This document shows, piece after piece, positions 9,940-18,721 of a stretch of 64,000 nucleotides of DNA; position 1 is the stretch's first letter, and every line of letters begins with the position of its first letter. The position numbers and the translations under genes are program-made. The notes below the pieces were generated by a model, which saw nothing but the letters and a program-made list of their open reading frames with translations, did no database searches and was not told where the DNA came from. This DNA comes from Phycisphaeraceae bacterium (GTDB lineage: Bacteria; Planctomycetota; Phycisphaerae; Phycisphaerales; Phycisphaeraceae), in the NCBI GenBank assembly GCA_963674705.1, contig OY771506.1, positions 2,080,001-2,144,000 on the forward strand, read 5' to 3'.

Positions 9940-11277
9940 TCACCGGCCGCGCCTTAGTAATGCCAATCCGCCCAGTGCGAGGAGGCTGAGGCTTGTGGGT
10001 TCGGGGACGGTGAACTTGACAAGGAAGGCGTCCCAATCCCCCGCGTTGGTCCCGACGAGACTGCCGTTGGTGTAGCCGCTGCTGTACACGTTGCCCGCGC
10101 TGTCTACTGCCAGTGCACGACTCTCATCCGTATCCATAGTGCCGAACTGCTGGGTCCACAGCAGATTGCCTGATGCGTCGTACTTCGTCAGGAAGGCGTC
10201 GGAAGATCCTAAGTTAGTCCCATCGAGACTGCCACCGGTGAAGCCGCTGATGAATATGTTGCCTGAACTATCCACAGCTACGCCGTAACTGCGATCTGTA
10301 GCATATGTGCCGATCTGTCGGCTCCACAGGACATTGCCCGAGGCATCTAACTTTGTCAAACAAGCATCAAGTGATCCCGCATTGGTCCCGCCAAGGTCGC
10401 CTTCGGTGTATCCGCTGATGTAGACGTTGCCCGTGCTGTCTGTTGTAACGGCATAGCTACTATCACTGCTTGTCGTGCCGATCTGCTGAGTCCACAATTC
10501 ATTGCCGGAGGTGTCGTACTTCGTTAGGAAAGCGTCATAAGACCCTGCGTTGACCCCATCAAGATCGCCACTTGTGCTGCCACTGATATAGACATTGCCC
10601 GAACTGTCCACCGTTACGGCATGCCCATTATCATTCTCTGTTGTGCCGATCTGTCGGGTCCATAACACATTGCCCGATGAATCGAACTTCGTCAGGTAGG
10701 CATCATCTTCGCCCCGATACGTGCCACCAAGGTTGCCATTGGTGTTGCCGCAGATGTAAATGTTGCTTGAGCTGTCCACGACCACGGAACTGCTGAGTTC
10801 AGTGTTGGCGGTTCCGATCTGTTGGGACCACACCAGGTTGCCGGAAGGATCGTACTTCACCAAGAAGGCATCGCTGCCACCGGCGCTGGTTCCGCCGAGG
10901 CTGCCATACGTATTACCACTGATGTAGGCGTTGCCCGCACTGTCGACCGCTACGGCATTACTGCGATCGTACTTTGCTGTGCCGATCTGCCTGGTCCACA
11001 GCACATTGCCGGAGGCATCGAACTTTGCCAGAAAGGCTTCATAGTGGCCCGCGCTGGTGCCGCCGAGGTTGCCGCCAGTCATGCCGCTGATGTAGGTGTT
11101 GCCCGAGCCGTCCACTGCGACGGAAAAGCTTTGGTCAAGTACTGACGTGCCAATCTGCGCGGACCATTCGACCGCGTATGGCTGTTCCGCATAAACAATA
11201 CTGCCTTCAGCTACCGACGCGCACACCACCGCTACGCTGACTATGCGAGCCATCCACGAAGTCATTTTAGGCATCAT
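9940..11277 (-). CDS. SBBP beta-propeller repeat protein with PEP-CTERM signal
   Basis: Seven repeats of 'VAVDSSGN.YISG.T.G.L.G...G..DAFL.K.D.SGN.LW'; C-terminal VPEP-TM-RRGR. Confidence 0.9.
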   Translation of the reverse strand: MMPKMTSWMARIVSVAVVCASVAEGSIVYAEQPYAVEWSAQIGTSVLDQSFSVAVDGSGNTYISGMTGGNLGGTSAGHYEAFLAKFDASGNVLWTRQIGTAKYDRSNAVAVDSAGNAYISGNTYGSLGGTSAGGSDAFLVKYDPSGNLVWSQQIGTANTELSSSVVVDSSSNIYICGNTNGNLGGTYRGEDDAYLTKFDSSGNVLWTRQIGTTENDNGHAVTVDSSGNVYISGSTSGDLDGVNAGSYDAFLTKYDTSGNELWTQQIGTTSSDSSYAVTTDSTGNVYISGYTEGDLGGTNAGSLDACLTKLDASGNVLWSRQIGTYATDRSYGVAVDSSGNIFISGFTGGSLDGTNLGSSDAFLTKYDASGNLLWTQQFGTMDTDESRALAVDSAGNVYSSGYTNGSLVGTNAGDWDAFLVKFTVPEPTSLSLLALGGLALLRRGR

Positions 11278-11731
11278 GTTCCCTTTCTCGAATTAAAACC
11301 CCGGCCCCGGTGAAGGCTTCCGGCTAGACTGGGCGGATGCCGTGACCCGGACCATGATAATTATGCAGACTATATTGTACTGTTATTGGTTTGAGGTTAC
11401 AAGGCAATAATTATTTGTTAATACGATCCCGTTCTTTGGTAATCTTCGATCCAGCGTTTATGTGAGAATCAAAGAGTTTTGTAGTTGTTTGCGATGCCAC
11501 AAGGATTAACGTAATCCTGGCCGGAACGGCGGTAGATTGCAGGAGGCATTTTAAAGGCGGTCCGCATGACGAAAATCCAAACAACTTGGCAGTAGCCAAT
11601 GTTGATTTGCGATAACCTTCTTCAGTCTGGTTACGGCTTCAACTGCGTGATACGAAGCGCAACCTTAAACATATACTCACCGTCAAATCCACCACGGATG
11701 CAACCGTAAAATCTTCACGTACTAGGAAAGT

Positions 11732-11799
11732 AAAGAAACTATGAAAGCCGGGTCTCCCGAAGACCACTCACCGGGAGACCCGGCTTTCATAGTTTCTTT
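11732..11799. repeat. Perfect 28-bp inverted repeat with 12-nt loop
   Basis: aaagaaactatgaaagccgggtctcccg (11732-11759) / cgggagacccggctttcatagtttcttt (11772-11799). Confidence 0.9.
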
Positions 11800-11895
11800 T
11801 CTTATCAGCGTGTGATTAAATGTTCATCCATAGTGGGCTGTACTTAGCTCAACCGCACCCTGATCGGGAGTAGGGGAGAATGCTGATCCTACCCT

Positions 11896-12324
11896 CTAAA
11901 TATACAGAAGTGCGCCTTCAGGCCAATCACCTTCCCAACCACAAGGGAAGTGACCCTGCTCATAAACAGATAGCAAGTGGACATAAAACAAAGGGGGGTT
12001 GCAATGAGCGTAAGCAATCTCCATGATTGCTGCCAGGACATCCCATTGCACACGATGCACAAACCTTATCGGTTCTCCGTGTTTGGTAGCGAATGCTTCT
12101 GCTTGCGCTGTAACTGAATCAACAACACGTCGTTTCGCTTCATCTGTAATGTTATTCCAAGATCTGTATTCTTGCTTGTAATTGTTGTGCAAATGCAGTG
12201 TTAGATGATCTCTAGCATGAGCCCTAATAGTCCCCCATTCTTCTGCTGTGTAGTAGTTTCTAGCAACGTCCCAGCGATCAATCCACTTGCATGGCGTAGA
12301 CATATTTAAAGTGGCTCCAGACAC
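11896..12324 (-). CDS. Hypothetical protein, probably 5'-truncated by a solo IS left end
   Basis: Protein-like C-terminus 'VYEQGHFPCGWEGDWPEG'; ORF start abuts TAGAGTGGTCCAAACC at 12325. Confidence 0.55.
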   Translation of the reverse strand: MSGATLNMSTPCKWIDRWDVARNYYTAEEWGTIRAHARDHLTLHLHNNYKQEYRSWNNITDEAKRRVVDSVTAQAEAFATKHGEPIRFVHRVQWDVLAAIMEIAYAHCNPPLFYVHLLSVYEQGHFPCGWEGDWPEGALLYI

Positions 12325-12340
12325 TAGAGTGGTCCAAACC
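12325..12340 (+). mobile_element. Solo left end of the rve IS
   Basis: Exact 16-mer TAGAGTGGTCCAAACC, followed by unrelated sequence. Confidence 0.8.
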
Positions 12341-12495
12341 TAGTGAGTGCGCAACCGTGTTCGTAATGGCCGGTATGTAATTATTGCGGTGTCGTACCGC
12401 GCCATTCTCAAATTTTATACTCGTCTCGCTTGATCTTGTTTCTTGGTTGTGGCTAAGTGCGATCCTGTGGTTGCTAGACCATAGGAGCAAATACG

Positions 12496-13257
12496 ATGGC
12501 TTACGACGAACGGGATCGAGACATACCTAAGGATGAACAGTTTCAGGAGGTAAGTAAGGTCCTCGCGACAGCTTTACTCCGCTATTGTCGCGAGGGGCCA
12601 CATCCTAATTCTACGCCGGCACCCGAAGACGCAGACTCCGAATCGCCTCCTACTGATTCTGTCGAATCACCCCACCATGTGGGAGATAAACAAAAAACGA
12701 AAACCAATCATGCTCCCATCGAGGAACGTATAAAAGCCAAGGCTATGGACATTCTCCGCCAGTGCAAATTGCCTCTCACTGACGAAGAGGATCTATGTCA
12801 AAGTATACGTTTGGATCTTCTCAAGCGTGATCATCTATTTGATCCAAAGCGCGGCTCGCGGGAACGGTTTGAGACGATCGTGATCAATAGTTGGGCGGCA
12901 ATGTTTCTACGCGGTCGCTCACGAATAAAGCACGCTTTTCATCTGGATCATGTACCGCTCGACGTTCTCATCGATAACGATGTGGCCAGGGGTTATGGAT
13001 ATTCGTGTGATCAGACGCCGGTAAGCTTGGCAGAACTTGTTCCGGATCCTTCGGTTGAAGTACCATTGCTCATAGATAGGCGCGACGCCCTTGAATATGG
13101 GATGAGGACCCTTTCAGAACATGATCGTCAACTTATATGCTTGATAGCGCGTCATGGAAAGGCGGCGGCGGCTCGAAGTCGTGGCATCTCACGTCGGCAA
13201 GTTGACAACATCATTGTGAAGCGTATTCGGCACCATTTTGAACGGGCGGGCTTTTGA
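12496..13257 (+). CDS. Sigma-70/ECF-like DNA-binding protein (mobile-element type)
   Basis: Region 2-like 'EEDLCQ...FDPKRGS'; C-terminal HTH 'AAARSRGISRRQV'; resembles 40701-41276; AGGAG RBS. Confidence 0.6.
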   Translation: MAYDERDRDIPKDEQFQEVSKVLATALLRYCREGPHPNSTPAPEDADSESPPTDSVESPHHVGDKQKTKTNHAPIEERIKAKAMDILRQCKLPLTDEEDLCQSIRLDLLKRDHLFDPKRGSRERFETIVINSWAAMFLRGRSRIKHAFHLDHVPLDVLIDNDVARGYGYSCDQTPVSLAELVPDPSVEVPLLIDRRDALEYGMRTLSEHDRQLICLIARHGKAAAARSRGISRRQVDNIIVKRIRHHFERAGF

Positions 13258-13387
13258 ACTTCAAGCGACTCGTGTTCGGCTTTATGCCGTGTTTCCTGCT
13301 TTCAGGCTGGAACCCCCCCCCCGTCTAATTACTGCGTTGATTCAAAGACTTCTGCAGGTACATATTTGTAGCTTCAAGAAGTTCCGT

Positions 13388-13762
13388 TAATCATCTTCAT
13401 CTACATCAGGGCAAGGAGAATCGGCTGTGGAACACTAGCCATGATCCGATCAGAAAGACCGAATCCCCGCCGCCGATCGAGCAAACCGTCCTTGTCCATC
13501 GGTATGCGATGTTGGGTGGGCTGTTGAGCCATTACGAGCGAAAGCAGCGTGAAATAAAGGGAAAACGGGCAGAGCCCGACATTTGAATCGGCCCCGGCCC
13601 GAGATTGTCCTTGCCCAATTCGCTGGTGGACCTCTTCACCGTGCCCAATATTTATAGACCGGATCCGGTGGTGGTTGGTTTTCGTCGAAACCGCGAATGG
13701 ACCACTTCACCCGCTCCGACCCGGCAGCTGGTTCTCGCCGAACTCGCAAATGGGCCACTTCA
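13388..13762 (+). mobile_element. rve IS remnant: transposase C-terminus plus three stacked right ends
   Basis: Encodes 'HQGKENR...LGGLLSHYERKAA*'; end motifs at 13626-13637, 13698-13709 and 13751-13762. Confidence 0.8.
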
Positions 13763-14019
13763 GCGTTGACAAACGGCGGGAACCAGTCTCACGCAATCCC
13801 CGCTTGAGACTGATCGGCATCCTGTAACCGCTGATCCTGCCGGTACCTGTGGCGGCGGCATAAACGCACCATCGCCCAGGTTACCCGGGCCCCGCCAGCT
13901 ACCGTGGTCGTGTGACAGCGGCCATGGGAGTCTGCGGCGCTTTATGGAGACGAATACACAAAATACATTGCCATTCGTGCTCTCGGCCCCATAATTTCGC
14001 CATGAATCATGTATTTGCG

Positions 14020-14049
14020 TTGACAAACAGCCATGATCAAGCGTATAGT
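14020..14049 (+). promoter_or_regulatory. Putative sigma70 promoter
   Basis: TTGACA-18 bp-TATAGT, 7 nt before the in-frame ATG at 14057. Confidence 0.5.
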
Positions 14050-15667
14050 ATGGCCTATGGCGAGTTCTTCATCACGAAATTGCTCTAATCGTCCCGACGA
14101 GCGTGCGCGATCTCGTCTACAAGAGTTTGCTCAGGCGATTATGCGCATGGACTCTCGCGAACGAGATGCACTGTTGAGTCTGGTCACAGTACTTGAAGAA
14201 GATCCGCGAGGTCCGGGCGCTGAACGGGGTTGCGGGGTCTTGTTTTCGGAATGGAACCACAAGTACAAGGCGACGTCTGGGCGATCGGAGTATGCGCTGC
14301 GACAATCGATTGCTTGGTTTCAGGAGCACACCGATTCGAATCCCGAGAGAGAGTTCGTACGAATACAGGGGAAAGGCAAAGGCACCCGATATTCGGTACC
14401 TGAGGACGTCGCCATTGCCTCACAGATCGCACAATCGTCCGATGAGGAGAGGGGTCTGTGCCTTGCGCTTGGCGTCGTCCGTTTGACGGAGGTCCTCACA
14501 AGTACAATAGACGCCGGGCAGCAAATTCCATCATTCAGCTCGAAGCCGGACGATTTTGTCGATCTTGGTGAAATGGTCCACCCGGGCTTTGTCACCAACC
14601 AGTCGCTGGAGATCACCGGTGCCTCGGAGTCGTTCAAAAGGCTGTTCCATGTGTCAGCATTCCCCATCGAGATGGAGTCGCTGTTCACGCGCCTCCATTC
14701 GTATGATTTGGTACGCGACAAAGTCGACGATTCTGATAGTACGTTGTTTTCGGACATTGTCGCGCACTTAAGCAATGGCAAGGCGATCAACAACGACTAC
14801 TATCTTTATATGCCGCTCAATGGGGGGGGGGATGAAGGCGTTATTATCGAGGCATTTGTTACGCCACAGCGGAGATATGTAGGTACTCAAGGAACGCTTG
14901 TTGTTGCGACAAACAAGGTACGTCGCATGCAGCAGCGAATGTTCGAAACAGCGCAGTTCGCTCACTTCATATTAACGCATGAAGTTAATAGCCAGCTTAT
15001 GCGACACTCGATGGCGCTTTACCAAGCGCAGGAAGACTTCGCGCGGGCACATCCCGATGACAGCGAGCACCTGCGCCAACTGAAGCTACTTATGCGCGAC
15101 TTCGACAACATTCAATTGCAGTTGAAAGAATGGCAGGAGGAAATGACACTTTCTGACCTTAAGCATCGCGAGAGCAGAGCGGACGTCGAATCGTGCGTTG
15201 AACGCGCCGTTACCCGCGTGGCTGGCCGGTACCCTGATGCTCAGTTCGCAATCGACTCTGACATTCCCCCGCACACGGTAGCCTACGCGTCGATGCCTGC
15301 GCTCGCACTCGTCACTGTTCTCGAAGCGCTTCTCACGAATGCATACGATGCCAGCACAGAATCGAGTGCCCAAGGCTCCCAAGCGTCGATCAGTCTCACC
15401 GTGGATACGGAGTTCCCTGAATACCCGATCCTCATGGTGATTTCAAACTACGGTCGCGGTTTCCCCGAAGAGGTGGTCGCAGCATTCAGATCAGGGGATG
15501 AGCCTCCAAGCACAAAACACTCGGGTGTCGGCCGTGGCCTCGCGCAGTCACGCCGATGGCTGGTGGAAGAATACGGACACCGGATGACCATCGCTTCGAC
15601 ATCGGTCGGCGCATCCGTGACACTTCGCATGAAGGGCAGCATTCAGGCACAAGGGGACGCGATATGA
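14033..15667 (+). CDS. Soluble sensor histidine kinase with atypical N-terminus (start may be 14057)
   Basis: H-box 'LTHEVNSQL', N-box 'LLTNAYDA', G boxes 'NYGRGF' and 'STKHSGVGRGL'. Confidence 0.8.
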   Translation: MIKRIVWPMASSSSRNCSNRPDERARSRLQEFAQAIMRMDSRERDALLSLVTVLEEDPRGPGAERGCGVLFSEWNHKYKATSGRSEYALRQSIAWFQEHTDSNPEREFVRIQGKGKGTRYSVPEDVAIASQIAQSSDEERGLCLALGVVRLTEVLTSTIDAGQQIPSFSSKPDDFVDLGEMVHPGFVTNQSLEITGASESFKRLFHVSAFPIEMESLFTRLHSYDLVRDKVDDSDSTLFSDIVAHLSNGKAINNDYYLYMPLNGGGDEGVIIEAFVTPQRRYVGTQGTLVVATNKVRRMQQRMFETAQFAHFILTHEVNSQLMRHSMALYQAQEDFARAHPDDSEHLRQLKLLMRDFDNIQLQLKEWQEEMTLSDLKHRESRADVESCVERAVTRVAGRYPDAQFAIDSDIPPHTVAYASMPALALVTVLEALLTNAYDASTESSAQGSQASISLTVDTEFPEYPILMVISNYGRGFPEEVVAAFRSGDEPPSTKHSGVGRGLAQSRRWLVEEYGHRMTIASTSVGASVTLRMKGSIQAQGDAI

Positions 15668-16089
15668 TCATGCGTGTACTGGTCTTGGACAACGACGAGA
15701 ACTTTGCCAAACAACTTCAATCAGCGGTCCTTTGGTTGAACAGACACTATCTTGCAAAGCGTGTCGAAATGGACGTTGATGCTGTTTTTGATATTGCATC
15801 TGCGCATGCGGCGATAATACGCAATAGCTATGATATTGCGTTTGTAGACGGCATCCTCAGCAGTACCGATGCTTTCGATGATGGCATCGACTTCGCCAAG
15901 TATCTTCGCGCAGAGTATCCAGAAATGACGATCGTTGTTGTATCAGCATACCCCGCCTGTCTGGACGCAGCCAGAGTCGAGGGCATCGAATATGTGCTGG
16001 CAAAAAGCCATGTACCCATCCGCGGGTTCTATGATCGTCTGAGGAGTATCCTTGATGGTATCTCGTACGCATCGGAGGGAGGATCATGA
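15664..16089 (+). CDS. Single-domain response regulator
   Basis: 'RVLVLDND', 'YDIAFVD', 'IVVVSAY', 'LAK'; ATGA overlap with the kinase. Confidence 0.85.
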   Translation: MIMRVLVLDNDENFAKQLQSAVLWLNRHYLAKRVEMDVDAVFDIASAHAAIIRNSYDIAFVDGILSSTDAFDDGIDFAKYLRAEYPEMTIVVVSAYPACLDAARVEGIEYVLAKSHVPIRGFYDRLRSILDGISYASEGGS

Positions 16090-16775
16090 CTCCGGAAGCT
16101 CTAGTGGCAACCAGATGCGATGAGTTCATCGCTCGATTCCGTAAACTGATCGATCTCTGGCAGCAGCATCTTTCAGTCCGGCCCGATCAGACACGGGCCA
16201 TTCTAACATTCATCCGCCGTTTCGACAGAGAGATGGCTGAGAAACTCCGCAGCTTCGACCGATCTCATGCGGTCGATCCTGTTGCGTCTATTCTGGTTTC
16301 GTCAACATTGATGGATGCACGACATGCAGCCGCAGGAATTGGTTCTGCTCGTGTGACGTTGCTGCTCTGGCAGCTCGAGAAGCACTGGACGATGAGGGGG
16401 TATCGCTACTCACCAAGCTTACAAACCAAGCTCCGGGGCTTCCTCTACGCCGTATGGGGCTTAAGCAGCGGCTACAGCACCAAACCACTAAGGTTACTGA
16501 CCCTAATGGTAGTTCTGTGGATTCTCACTTCACTGGCCCTTATTGCCGTACGTCCGTCGCCAACGACCTCAGCGGACGTGTACCGCGAAATATACACCGC
16601 GTTTTCGGTGATCGTATCGATCGGAGATGTCTTGCCAGCGGCCAATTCAGGAATTGCGTACTACGTCGTTCTTATCGCAGCAACTGGTGGCGGGATATTT
16701 GCCATGGTAAGTCTGCTGTCGATAGTTGGCGTCTACCTTTTGGTCTCTGACCAAGTATCCGGAAAGGCAGAATGA
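16086..16775 (+). CDS. Membrane protein with degenerate two-TM ion-channel-like C-terminus
   Basis: 'GYSTKPLRLL'-TM-'YTAFSVIVSIGDVLP'-TM; no GYG filter. Confidence 0.45.
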   Translation: MTPEALVATRCDEFIARFRKLIDLWQQHLSVRPDQTRAILTFIRRFDREMAEKLRSFDRSHAVDPVASILVSSTLMDARHAAAGIGSARVTLLLWQLEKHWTMRGYRYSPSLQTKLRGFLYAVWGLSSGYSTKPLRLLTLMVVLWILTSLALIAVRPSPTTSADVYREIYTAFSVIVSIGDVLPAANSGIAYYVVLIAATGGGIFAMVSLLSIVGVYLLVSDQVSGKAE

Positions 16776-17584
16776 ACGTATTGGCAAGCAAAAGCCATGA
16801 TGGCGTAGCGGTTGATCTAAGAGACATCACCCACTTCTACGTGAACAGAGGGCGATGCTTGCCTGTTGTTGATAGAGTGGGCATACAGATTCATGAGAAT
16901 CAGGTTGCCGCAATTGTCGGACCCTCTGGATGCGGGAAGACAACCATCTTGAGGATGATTGCTGGCCTCCTAACGCCGTCGTGCGGCAACGTATGGATAC
17001 ATGGTCAATCTCCAGCGGTGTACCTTGACCTTCGCAAGGTATCGTTCATGTTTCAGAAACCCGTGCTGCTTCCTTGGCGGACAGTCAGAGAGAACGTCCT
17101 GTTACCATTTGAGCTGGGTCCGAAGCGACGCGGCGGCGCGGATGCGTGCAGGCCGGCTGCGGCTGACCATTGGATCAACGTAGTTGGCCTAGATGATTTC
17201 CAGGATTATTACCCGCATCGCTTGTCTGGCGGCATGCAGTCGCGTGCAGCGTTGGCACGAGCCCTTGCGACTGCACCCTCGTTGTTGCTGATGGACGAAC
17301 CGTTTGGGCATCTGGACGAGCTGTCGCGCCTGCGACTGAATCAAGAATTGGCAGCAATGCATATTGAGTCGTTACCGACTATTGTGCTCGTTACGCATTC
17401 GATTGAGGAGGCCGTGCTTCTTGCCGACCGCGTATTCGTATTGTCTTCCTGCCCTGCCCGAGTCAGTGATGTCATTGACATAAATATCGCTCGCCCCAGG
17501 CCTCGACACATTGTTGATTCTCCCGCATTTCAGCAGTACGTGAAGCAAACACGTTCATCGCTCAACGAAGGATGTGCATCATGA
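16772..17584 (+). CDS. NitT/TauT-family ABC transporter ATPase
   Basis: GPSGCGKT, 'LLPWRTV.ENV', LSGGMQ, LLLMDEPF, VTH. Confidence 0.95.
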   Translation: MNVLASKSHDGVAVDLRDITHFYVNRGRCLPVVDRVGIQIHENQVAAIVGPSGCGKTTILRMIAGLLTPSCGNVWIHGQSPAVYLDLRKVSFMFQKPVLLPWRTVRENVLLPFELGPKRRGGADACRPAAADHWINVVGLDDFQDYYPHRLSGGMQSRAALARALATAPSLLLMDEPFGHLDELSRLRLNQELAAMHIESLPTIVLVTHSIEEAVLLADRVFVLSSCPARVSDVIDINIARPRPRHIVDSPAFQQYVKQTRSSLNEGCAS

Positions 17585-18717
17585 AGCCGTACGACTTCTT
17601 GGTGGTTGGCTTGGGTGCAGAATCGGCGGTGCTACTTGAAGCCATCGAGCGGCGCTATGAGGTCGTCACCTGCGTCAGTACCACGGAAGTCACTTCAACT
17701 GTCGCAAGTAGAGGTGGCCCACGGGCCGGCATCGTACTGGGGGGCGAAGCAGACTTGGACGACGCAAAACTTTGCAGTCTTGAAATACCGACAGCCACTC
17801 CAGTTGTTGTCGTAGGTAACCAGGGGTGTGCGTCGGCGGTCAGTGTGTTTAAGAACTCCCCACTATTTCGCATAGATGTCGGATCAGAGATTGCGGATCT
17901 GATGGCCCTTCTTGATAGGCTTGCGGTGGCATGTAGACATCGACACAGCATCCTTCGCAATGGTTTAGTACGGGTGATTGCCCCCGGAAGCCTAATGGCC
18001 TCGATAATTATCGCGTGGGAACTGATGTGTCGCTATCTCCACGTTCCAGTGTGGCTACTCCCACCACCTTCGCAGATCGCACTTGCAGTGATGCAGCACG
18101 CCGACAGTCTCCTGATAGACACCGCGATCACCGGCGGCGAGGCGTTGGCGGGCTTTCTGCTGGCAAACGTAGTATCATTGCTGGCGGCGGCGATCTTCTG
18201 TCACATTCGGTGGATTGAACGGTCCACCTATCCACTACTAATCGGACTAAAGTCGGTGCCGGTGGTCGCGCTGGCCCCACTTCTGGTGCTATGGCTCGGA
18301 TATGGTCCCGCAAGCAAGATTACCATGGCCGCTATTGTTGCGTTCTTTCCGCTGGTCGTGAACGCAACATTAGGATTGCGCAGCGTGGAGCATGACGCGA
18401 TCGACCTGTTTCGCACACATGGAGCGACTAAGTTGCAGATACTGCTGAAGCTCCGAATCCCGACGGCCGTTCCGTACATATTTGCTGCTCTACGCGTTTC
18501 GGCAACGCTGGCTGTGGTAGGTGCTATTGTCGCCGAACTTACCGGCGCAACTTCCGGCATCGGATTCGCAATCATCATGGCTTTCTACAACGTCGACACT
18601 CCGATGCTATTCGCCGCGCTCCTATGCGCCTCAGGTATGGGGTTGCTGCTATTCGCGTTGGTGATCACATTCGAATGGGTGTTTGCACATCGCTTCCGAA
18701 TTGATAGCAGGAGATAA
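17581..18717 (+). CDS. NitT/TauT ABC permease with ~130-aa N-terminal extension
   Basis: 'LLPPPSQI', 'P.VALAPLLVLWLG', 'FFPLVVN...G', 'GAIVAE'. Confidence 0.9.
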   Translation: MKPYDFLVVGLGAESAVLLEAIERRYEVVTCVSTTEVTSTVASRGGPRAGIVLGGEADLDDAKLCSLEIPTATPVVVVGNQGCASAVSVFKNSPLFRIDVGSEIADLMALLDRLAVACRHRHSILRNGLVRVIAPGSLMASIIIAWELMCRYLHVPVWLLPPPSQIALAVMQHADSLLIDTAITGGEALAGFLLANVVSLLAAAIFCHIRWIERSTYPLLIGLKSVPVVALAPLLVLWLGYGPASKITMAAIVAFFPLVVNATLGLRSVEHDAIDLFRTHGATKLQILLKLRIPTAVPYIFAALRVSATLAVVGAIVAELTGATSGIGFAIIMAFYNVDTPMLFAALLCASGMGLLLFALVITFEWVFAHRFRIDSRR

Positions 18718-18721
18718 CACG

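Noticed and set aside
9940..11277. DNA tandem repeats
   Set aside because: Explained by SBBP protein repeats
13561..13762. Possible CRISPR-like array
   Set aside because: Units are IS-end homologs with irregular spacing; no cas genes or true array seen in the window
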